A DNA stretch of 64,000 bases from Octopus sinensis. Its lineage: Eukaryota. The position numbers and the translations under genes were made by a program. Below the pieces are notes generated by a model that saw only the letters and a list, made by a program, of their open reading frames with translations, ran no database searches and was not told where the DNA came from. Shown here in pieces: positions 54,488 to 64,000 of this stretch (its first letter is position 1; the number at the start of each line of letters is the position of its first letter). The stretch covers positions 90,520,001-90,584,000 of the forward strand of contig NC_043000.1 of the NCBI RefSeq assembly GCF_006345805.1. Direction: 5' to 3'.

Positions 54488-55515
54488 GGTATGTGGAGCA
54501 ATGCCGAGAAGTTTACGTATACATTGGTTCGGAGTGATAATGGAAGTCATTTAACCAATATGCTGCTCAATGAACACGAAACCACGATTTTGAAAAGCGA
54601 GGTTCTTAGCTACAAAGCCATACATACGGCTTTCCGTAACCTTTATGGATATAAATGTTAAATCATATCTTAAATAGATTATATGGAACTACAACCATTG
54701 CTTTTAGATCGAACTAAATAGATTATTATATATATTTTCTTTATTATTTTGATAAGTTTTATTTTCCTGATTACCGGTTTTAGTGACGGAGGAAAACTAG
54801 ATTTAGTTGATATTATTACGACTTTAATCCTAACCTTATGTCTTAGAGTTAGTTACGTCAAAAGCAATACTTGTCCTGTTTTAAATGAAGCGAAATATAG
54901 AGTGATGACAAAGAATTTAATGAGACTATGATGGGTGACAGAAAATTTCTGAAATAATAAAAAAAAAAAACAGAACGAAAAAAATCGAACAAAAATGCAA
55001 AAACAAAGAATGAAAACATAAATGAATGAAAAAATTAGACGCGAGACCAAAAGTAAAGAAAAGAAAAGAAAAATGGATGGGAAATTTATGAGATTTTCTT
55101 GAATAAATTGGTTTTATTTAGAAGAATTTATTTATAGCATAACGATACATTAAATATCATTGTAACAAGATTGAGTTTGATTTTTATAGTAAACCTTTTT
55201 TTATTTAATTTCTCTCTCCGTTTTCTTTTTTTAATTTTTTGCAGCTGTTGTATAAAATTCTCCAAAGTTTAGCTTCTTTATATAACACTGTATTAGTACC
55301 ATACCGTTAGTAAAAGAAGAAAACCAACCAACCAACCACCGACCAATCAACTAACCAACGAAACACACAAACAAAGAAAAGAAAGTAGCACTAATGAATG
55401 TTTAAATGATTACAAGTAAGAAAGCATTTATACTGATGAGACGATGAGGAAACACCCACTCTGGTCTATTCAGATTTTAACTAAGATATGTATGTGTGTG
55501 AATACGTATATACAG

Positions 55516-55578
<63 letters not shown>

Positions 55579-55617
55579 GAGAGAGGAAGATTGAGTAAAA
55601 AATATATATAGCTGTAT

Positions 55618-55869
55618 GTAATGTTTGTCTCCACTTCAGCATGGCTGTTCCGTACGAACCGATGTTACTACCGTTTTTAAACTCAAGAAGACGCTCCCAC
55701 CAGTTGCTTATCGATGCAGTCTGCACTCGGTACATATTTGCAATTTGCAATATATATCGGGCGGAGATTGCTTCGATAACCTGCTGAAGGAGGCGTCATC
55801 TTGGGGTTAAAAACAATAGTAAGGTCGCTTCGTACGGAACAGCCATGTTGAAGTGGCAACAAGCATTAC
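55618..55869. mobile_element. Foldback MITE with about 63-bp imperfect TIRs, unclassified
   Basis: 55618-55680 and 55807-55869 are reverse complements, including CCACTTCA(G/A)CATGGCTGTTCCGTACGAA. Confidence 0.75.
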
Positions 55870-55928
55870 CTCTTAGTATAGTTACTAGTTCCATCTTAAC
55901 AAAAGATTTTCTAACAAGTTACTTTGCA

Positions 55929-56408
<480 letters not shown>

Positions 56409-56556
56409 ATATGCTCACACATGAATGTTCATCTAGATATTTTCAGTTTTTGTTCCTCTCTATATATCCCTATATATTTACATCTATGCTTGTATATTCT
56501 ATATATCAAGCCCAAGCGTGTTCATTTGTTTACTTGCATCATTATCTCTCTATCAG

Positions 56557-56624
56557 CTCAACTGGATTCCTCTTATAGCCACTTCATACCCTGTGGACTT
56601 AGTCCTCGAGAAAGATTTCGGAAT
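56557..56624 (+). CDS. Candidate 68-nt internal exon of an unidentified host gene
   Basis: Acceptor ATCTCTCTATCAG| and donor AAT|GTAAGT; two open frames (QLDSSYSHFIPCGLSPRERFRN or LNWIPLIATSYPVDLVLEKDFG); no homology recognised. Confidence 0.3.
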
Positions 56625-56712
56625 GTAAGTTCAAATCATTTGAACACTACTATGTGTTGTTTGTATTGAGCATCTCTGGTTTTCAACTGTTGATCGTATA
56701 TACATATGTACG

Positions 56713-56819
<107 letters not shown>

Positions 56820-57093
56820 TTATCTATCTGTCTATCTTGTTGTCATCATGAGAATTTTATAAGCTTTCGAGAGAACGCGAAATAATTCATTTTTGAAATT
56901 GTACATCTCGACGAATATCCATAAAGCTATAAATGTTAGCATGCTATTTATTGGGCAGAACAAATCTTTTTGTGCAGGTAAAGTCGAATGCTGGCCATCT
57001 GATAGGGGAATGTATTCTACATCCACGAAAAGTTAACATAGAGCTGAGTCAAAGTCTTATTAAATATGCATACATACACATACACATAGCTAA

Positions 57094-57397
57094 CTGGCAC
57101 TCCGTCGGTTACGACGACAAGGGTTCCAGTCGATCTGATCAACGGAATAGCTTGCTCGTGAAATTAACGTGCAAGTGGCTGAGCACTCCACAGAGAAAAA
57201 TAGCCTTAACGTAGTTCACTGGGAACTTCAGCGTGACACAGAGTGTGTCAAGGCCGGCCCTTTTTGAAATATAGATACTACTCACTTTTGCCAGCTGAGT
57301 GGACTGGAGCAACATGAAATAAAGTGCTTTGCTCAACGTGAAATAAAGTGGCTTACGATTGTGACCCGAATGCATTAACCACTAAGCCACGTGCCTT
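57094..57397 (-). mobile_element. SINE family D
   Basis: Collinear with 41967-42275. Confidence 0.85.
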
Positions 57398-57704
57398 CAC
57401 ACATACACATACACGTTTATATATAAGCATAAATCAGAGCAAATTATATTTGTATGTGTGAGTGAATGTGTGTGTGTTGATGTAGGCATAAGGCCAACAA
57501 CTTCGTGGAGAAGGGGTAAGTCAAGGTAAGTCAAATACCAGTCGATACCAGTTCTTGACAAATAATTAATTTTATCTTCTTCCAAAGAATAAAAAGTGGG
57601 ACTTGAACTCATAATCTAGAGAGAGTGAATCAAGTCTGCGAGAAAGCTTTCTGACGATTTAACGATTCTAGAAATCTCTACATTTGTTAACCTATGTATA
57701 TATA

Positions 57705-57824
<120 letters not shown>

Positions 57825-57881
57825 GTATGTATGTATGTATGTATGCATGCATGTATGTATGCATGTACGCATTTGTGTGTC

Positions 57882-58064
57882 TGTGTTTGTCCACCCACCA
57901 TCGCTTGACAATCGATGTTGGCGTGTTATCGTCCCCGTAACTTTGCTGTTCAGCAAAGGAGACCGATAAAATAAGTACTAGGCTTACAAAGAAGGGGTCG
58001 ATCTGTTCGCGTAAAGGTGCTGCTCCAACATGGCTGCAGTCAAATGACTGAAGCAAGTAAAACA
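57882..58064 (+). mobile_element. SINE body B
   Basis: GTTTGTCCACCCACCATCGCTTGACA...GCAGTCAAATGACTGAAGCAAGTAAAA. Confidence 0.8.
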
Positions 58065-58374
58065 ATATCTATCTATATATATATATTATATATCTTCCAC
58101 TTAGTGCCGACTGAATCTGCGCTTGCGCGGGAAATTTGAAAAATTATAATATATAATGATGAGACACGTGTTTATACCGTCTCTAACTTATATGTTAGCA
58201 TTTTGGCGTAGACCCTGATGAGAACTCCGCCTAGCAAAAATTTTTTATTTGCTTGAATCTTAATTGTTTTTGCTATATATATATATATATATATTATATA
58301 TAATATATATATATTATATATATAGAAGTATCACATAAATTTTAATATAAGTTATTATATAGCTTACATTTCAG

Positions 58375-58570
58375 GCGATGAGTTGGTAGAATCGTTACCG
58401 CGCCGGACAAAATGCTTAGCAGCATTCCTTCTGCTTTATATCATGAGTTCAAAAGATGTCGAGGTCGGCTTTGCTTTTCGTTCTTTCAGCATCGATAAAA
58501 TAAGTACCAATTGAACACTGGGATCGATGTAATCAACTTCCTCCCGCCACAAAATTTCAGTCTTTGTGCC
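58375..58570 (+). mobile_element. SINE family C
   Basis: GGCGATGAGTTGGTAGAATCGTTACCGCGCCGGACAAAATGCTTAGC. Confidence 0.75.
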
Positions 58571-58601
58571 TGGATTGTGTGTTTATGTGTGTTTTTATGT
58601 T

Positions 58602-58638
<37 letters not shown>

Positions 58639-59060
58639 GTGTATATTTAAACTCAAGAGAGGCGGCCTTTAACTGGCAGCCTTACATGCAAGAAGAAGCA
58701 GTCAAAACTACGAAAACCACATTTAAGAGCAATTTCGAAGGGAATGAAAAAGATAAACTTTTACTTTGTTTTTTCACAGCCATTCCTAGGTTTCAAACTG
58801 TATTTACAGCATTATCTAAAGCAGGATATAAACAAGAGATTACCTTTATTGACAAGGCGAGCTTACATATTCCTAATAATGGAGTGAACATTAACTACGT
58901 AAACAAAAACGTAATAAAAATAAAAATAGATTTACGATAGCAACAAATCCAGCGTCCAAACCAAATCATAGAAATAAAAATATAGACCAGAGCTTAGGTA
59001 ATTTTGATAAAACTAATTTAGATAAATCTAAAAAGCATACAAATAATAGTAATAAGAATA

Positions 59061-60218
59061 ATGATAATCGTGGGATCAATAATAATTCAACTAACCCTAA
59101 CTCTAATTTTAGAAAATATAATCTGGTTGAATATTCCTTTTAACTGGGCGATATTATCGGATATATACGGCAAATTCAAAATAATACTAGAAAAAATTTT
59201 CCAGCCTCTCATAAGTATCATTTCTAAGAGAACAGTTAGGATTTCTTACTCAACCCTCCCAAATATGTCCACTATAATAGCTAGAATTAATAATAAAAAC
59301 ATTAAGTTAGCCAGGAATAATAAGACTAATTCCAGCATGAATACCAATAATAATTGTAATAATATTATCATAGATAAAAATAAAAATAAAAATAATAACA
59401 ACAATAATAAGAATTATCAAGATAAGTGCAGCATCAACAGCAATGGAATAACTAATAATGATATTGATATTAATAGGAATAATAATAATGATAATAATAT
59501 GAGCAATACAAATAGAAATAATATCGGGAATGAAGATAACAACGATATCTATAGCAGTAATAAGCATTCGGATATTAATACAAACAATAATAATAGCAAT
59601 ACCAATAATGTTGATAATTATGATATGACTATGGTAGATCTAAATGATAGTATAATCGGATCGATAAACGGTAACACATCTTCAGATAAAAATATTATCG
59701 ATAATAACGATAATAATACTCATGATAATTTGAATAGCAGCAATATGAGAGATCTATCCTTAAATAATTCTAAATCTGAAAATTATCTCCCTAGTTGCAA
59801 TTGTAGGATTAAGTCAAAATGCCTGACATCTGGTCTGTGTGGGGCCCATAATGTAATCTATAAATGTACTATAACTACTGCGAATAGCAAATTCTTTTAT
59901 CTAGGTTGTACTATAAAATTTAAACAAAGAATAAGCAATCATCTCTCCTCTTTTAAGTTACGTCATAAAGCTAGCTGTACCACACTTTCCAGTAAGATCT
60001 GGGAACTCAAAACTAATGATATTAAATATAACCTAAAATGGGAAATAGTTAGAAAGGCAATGCCTTATAAAAATAATAGGGTAGGTTGCCAACTCTGCTC
60101 CTTGGAGACATATGAAATTCTAAAACATAGAAAAAATAAAAACCTATTGAATAACCGTATTGAGATAGGTCAGTCTTGCATTCATTCAAAAATCAAAACT
60201 CTAAAATGTTTTAAATAG
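59061..60218 (+). CDS. Penelope-like ORF fragment (385 aa) with C-terminal GIY-YIG endonuclease
   Basis: ORF track; motifs as listed for the element. The true ORF continues upstream through apparent frameshifts near 58900 and 59110. Confidence 0.8.
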   Translation: MIIVGSIIIQLTLTLILENIIWLNIPFNWAILSDIYGKFKIILEKIFQPLISIISKRTVRISYSTLPNMSTIIARINNKNIKLARNNKTNSSMNTNNNCNNIIIDKNKNKNNNNNNKNYQDKCSINSNGITNNDIDINRNNNNDNNMSNTNRNNIGNEDNNDIYSSNKHSDINTNNNNSNTNNVDNYDMTMVDLNDSIIGSINGNTSSDKNIIDNNDNNTHDNLNSSNMRDLSLNNSKSENYLPSCNCRIKSKCLTSGLCGAHNVIYKCTITTANSKFFYLGCTIKFKQRISNHLSSFKLRHKASCTTLSSKIWELKTNDIKYNLKWEIVRKAMPYKNNRVGCQLCSLETYEILKHRKNKNLLNNRIEIGQSCIHSKIKTLKCFK

Positions 60219-61220
60219 AAATCGTATAGAATAGCCGTATTTAGCTAGGTCGGTCTGGTATTCACTTAAAAATCAAAACTCTAAAATATTTTAAATTGAA
60301 ATCTGTAGGCTCTTCCACTTGTGTTCCTTCTTTCTAACTGTACCTTTTTAATTATAAAAATTAATAGTATTTGTACGGTGCTCATTTAATTTAATTGTCT
60401 ATATAGTAAATTTGATTAACCTAACATAAATCATATAAATTTTGCTAATATTCCCTAATTCTAAATTTAATAAATAATACAATTCCCTTAAAGATACAAG
60501 TAATTTCTCTATATACTTTGAAAAAGAAAAATTCTCCCACCATTTACTATTGAACTTAATTTGACCCCTAGATGTTAACCAAAATTCTTTCTTACAATAT
60601 ATACGTATGTCAAAATAGAAACAATAATAAATTAACCTTCTATTCTAGTGTTACCCATAACTTTCTTACTGTATCTTCCTCTACTGATAGCTTTTGACCC
60701 CTTTAACATCTTCCTTTGATCTCTCTGTATTCTTTTCTCCTACCATTAACTCTGTGAGGGTCTCAGTTCTTGACAGGTGGTAGTCAAACTTAATATTCCT
60801 TTATAAATATAAAATTCCTTCAACACTGACCTAGATTTTCTGTTACCACAGAAATAAACTAACCTTTGTCTATAGTGTATTTATGTTTTCTTACTCCTCT
60901 ACTCCCTTCCTTCCATTATGTCCTTTATTTGGGCCTGCTACTACAACCAAATTCTGTTTACAACAACTTAGTTGTGAAATGACCCGCGTGTGACCAGCAG
61001 CTTTCCTCATGTCTCCGGAAATTATACCTACATTTTTATGGATGGATTCACCTTCTGTGGGAAGTTAACAATCTTTTTAAAAACTTTTTTATAAAACTGT
61101 GCATCATTAGAAAGCATTTTAAGTCTGCTTATAATTTGACTGTAAATTTCATAGAACTCACTCCTAATACTTCATGAGGATAATCAAACCCTCTAGAATG
61201 TCTGGAAAACATATATGCGA

Positions 61221-61309
61221 TTTAGCTGATGAATACTGGACATTTGTATTTGCTGCAATATTTGCAGCTTCAAATAAAATAGCTCTTAGTATGAAACAAT
61301 TGTACTAAA
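61221..61309 (+). ncRNA. Type I hammerhead ribozyme
   Basis: Stem I TTTAG (61221-25)/CTAAA (61305-09); CTGATGA (61226-32); stem II ATACT (61233-37)/AGTAT (61288-92); GAAA (61293-96); palindromic stem III ACAATTGT; GUA cleavage triplet (61302-04). Confidence 0.8.
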
Positions 61310-61342
61310 ACTACTAATCCGTTCTTGTTGCTTTTTCCTTGG

Positions 61343-61374
<32 letters not shown>

Positions 61375-61377
<3 letters not shown>

Positions 61378-61527
61378 CGCAGGAGTGGCTGTGTGGTAAG
61401 TAACTTGCTAACCAACCACATGGTTCCAGGTTCAGTCCCACTGCGTGGCATCTTGGGCAAGTGTCTTCTGCTGACCAATGCCTTGTGAGTGGATTTGGTA
61501 GACGGAAACTGAAAGAAGCCTGTCGTA

Positions 61528-61564
<37 letters not shown>

Positions 61565-61794
61565 GTATATGCGTGTGTGTGTTTGTGTGTCTGTGTTTGT
61601 CCCCCTAGCATTGCTTGACAACTGATGCTGGTGTGTTGACGTTCCCGTCACTTAGCGGTTAGGCAAAAGAGACCGATAGAATAAGTACTGGGCTTACAAA
61701 GAATAAGTCCCGGGGTCGATTTGCTCGACTAAAGGCGGTGCTCCAGCATGGCCGCAGTCGAATGACTGAAACAAGTAAGAGAGTAAAAGAGTAA
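61375..61794 (+). mobile_element. Composite A/B SINE
   Basis: Head A 61375-61526, (TA/TG)n, body B 61590-61794 ending AAACAAGTAAGAGAGTAAAAGAG. Confidence 0.85.
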
Positions 61795-61818
61795 TATATA
61801 TACATACATACATACATT

Positions 61819-62017
61819 ATGGCTGCCCCCTCGTTATCGAGTATGGCCATTGCACGAAGCTTAACTGTTATTGGTGCTGTGATCGAATGTGTCTTTTTAG
61901 CCCAGCTAAAGATCTACAATGTCTTGTACAGAATTGGCAACTAAAACCTTTACCGGTAATAGCCAGCTGTAGTTGTAACTGGGCTTCATGTACCTTTGCA
62001 TGTCGTTTAAGTCCTTC
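61819..62017 (-). mobile_element. RTE-type LINE extreme 3' end between (TATG)n tracts
   Basis: CQFCTRHCRSLAGLKRH C2H2-like terminus; 3' UTR shared with 23861-23903. Confidence 0.65.
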
Positions 62018-62026
62018 TACATACAT

Positions 62027-62139
<113 letters not shown>

Positions 62140-62855
62140 GGAGGAGTCAAAATTCCCGAACTATAAATATGCAGTTGGTGAAACTACTAGAAGCCATTAA
62201 ATTTTGCTCACAGATCGCAATATGCAGTCAGACTTCATGATTTTCGACTCATCCCATATGAACTCTATGTGTATGTACATGTAAACGAATATACTTATAT
62301 ACAAATACAACCTGCAAGTGGAACACTAAAAATATGCAAGACTTCTCTCAAGTTTAGATGAAAGATTGTTTTGTTATCTATATTCCAACGACGAAACTTT
62401 GTAACTTTGTTAGAAACCTTCCTCAGTGGAACAATTTAAATAAAAAAAAGAAGAGAACATATATATATATATACGTACATGGACATATACAAACACACGC
62501 ACACACATTCATATATAATTTCTGATGTTAAAACCTTTTGACCACAACATATAGGCACTTAGTTAACTACATAAAACTGTATATGCCGAAACTCATAAGT
62601 TTCAAAGTACATGTGTTTCTGATACAGAAACTAATGACGAAACCATGTTTACCTGCAAAATGTTTCATATATCAATACTAGAAGATAATATATATCATTC
62701 TCTCATTATAGTGTTCTTTATAAATTCTTAAAATTAGAGTGTTTCACGTTGCCGTAAGAATCTAAAAAGAAAGAAAAATGTTTTATAGACATAAATACAA
62801 AGAAAAAAAGATGTCTAATCGATCGGATGATTATTTCAAAATTAAGCATTTAAAC

Positions 62856-63167
62856 CAGAGGTTCTCAACCATTTTTACTTATGAACCCCTTTGATTATTA
62901 TTTTATTTTGATGGACTCCTAGCAATTCAACGTTTAAAATCTAGTTTTAAAGAAATTTATTTCAAAATTATTATTTACCTTTCGCACATTAACTTGTGTA
63001 GGTTGAACTATGTAAAATGTTAGAAGGGAGCTTGTTTCTTGCAATACATACCAGTACATAGATCTAAATACTATTGTGAATCCTGAATTTACTATTTTAT
63101 TGTGTGGACCTCTCAAATTCTTATATGAGCCCTCAGGAACCATGTGGGCCCCGGTTGATAACCACTC
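62856..63167. mobile_element. hAT (Charlie-like) MITE
   Basis: CAGAGGTTCTCAACC ... GGTTGATAACCACTC imperfect TIRs; no clear 8-bp TSD. Confidence 0.55.
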
Positions 63168-63810
63168 CGAAAGAATAAATGGAAAAGCCCACTACAGCTT
63201 TTCCTTTCATTATTTTTCCCGGCGCTCTGACGACTGCGTCATTTTTTTTGTAAATCACTCATTCTCATTTAATTGTTTATTCATAGGTTTCGTCTCATTC
63301 GATACCCTAACCCCAATGTTTGTTTTGTCTGTCCTCGTATCGTCCCCTCTTTTTCTCAACCTCATGGTTAATAAAGAAATTGACTGTACCAAGTCGGCAA
63401 CTTTTCTTTCTAACGAGTAATTTAAGAAAAACATAGAGAAAAGAAATGGAATCGAAATACTTTAAAAGCGAAATGCAAGGAAAGCTTTTTCTTGACAGCA
63501 GGTTATCGATGGAGTTGATTGATCAATAAAATTAAAGAACTAATAGCAAAGAGTACATATTGTAAGGATAAATAGCAGTATAAGTGGTATATCTTTTCGT
63601 GGTATTTATACTAAATCATTTATTTTTCTATCTGAACAAACGAGATTTTAAATAAGATTGCTTTTGTTTATGAAGTGATTCTTGCTTTGACTCACAATTG
63701 AAATGAATCAGCCTAGTTGATCGTCTGGACGAATAAAAACCAAATGGGAGGCGTGTTTACGTGTATGAGTGCGATGTGCGTGCTTGTATATAGGTGTATG
63801 CGTGTACATA

Positions 63811-64000
63811 TCTATTATATAAAATCCGTACTGTCTGTCTGTGTCTTCTAGGATTTCGGGCATCCTCCATCCAATTGCGCTCAAATTTGATATGTAGATA
63901 CCGACGGTATCAGGGCGTGTATAAGTCTTGAAACAATTACAAAAATCGATTCCAGGTGAGAATGCGATCGATAAAGCCGTTTGTAAAATTTGTAAAATCT
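63811..64000 (+). mobile_element. 5' part of a non-autonomous Helitron-like element (runs off the window)
   Basis: A|TCTATTATATAAAA...CTGTCTGTCTGTG...CAAATTTGATATG layout typical of such elements. Confidence 0.45.

Larger units (their letters stand above)
58634..61325 (+). mobile_element. 5'-truncated Penelope-like element: RT thumb remnant, Asn-rich linker, GIY-YIG endonuclease, 1.1-kb 3' region ending in a hammerhead
   Basis: ALSKAGYKQEITF (58566-58940), NIIWLNIPF, RISYSTLPNM, CNCRIKSKCLTSGLC, VIYKC...FYLGCTIKFKQRISNHLSSF, LSSKIWELK, CQLCSLE; (TA)n on both sides. Confidence 0.85.

Noticed and set aside
58214-58260. CTGATGA motifs here and at 6174(-), 12487, 47622(-), 50192 and 55433
   Set aside because: None has a paired stem II followed by GAAA with matching stems I and III.
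59061-60218. Selenoprotein-type Penelope (Naiad) recoding
   Set aside because: No in-frame TGA in this ORF, and I could not identify a SECIS element by eye.

Overview
This is AT-rich, microsatellite-saturated animal DNA. The SINE families and repeat density point to an octopus or related coleoid cephalopod (inference). It is intergenic or intronic: no host gene could be identified, only one or two possible exon or promoter traces, and most entries in the ORF track are microsatellite translations. The window is a transposon graveyard. It holds four R4/Dong-type RT/REL-endonuclease LINE pieces, three of them clustered in TAA tracts at 6.4-12.7 kb. It also holds Penelope-like GIY-YIG elements (one ending in a well-formed hammerhead ribozyme), RTE and L1/Tx1 LINE fragments, mariner, piggyBac-, hAT- and Helitron-type non-autonomous elements, a solo LTR, about 30 tRNA-derived SINE pieces, and a 100-N gap at 37787-37886. 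The most unusual object is a ~300-bp, ~55% GC insertion (11120-11417, flanked by TCTG repeats) that splits the RT of the largest Dong/R4 LINE. It is built from degenerate, permuted and partly duplicated pieces of 28S rRNA, taken from the region that R2, R4 and R1 retrotransposons target. All alignments were done by eye, with reference sequences recalled from memory, and need computational confirmation.
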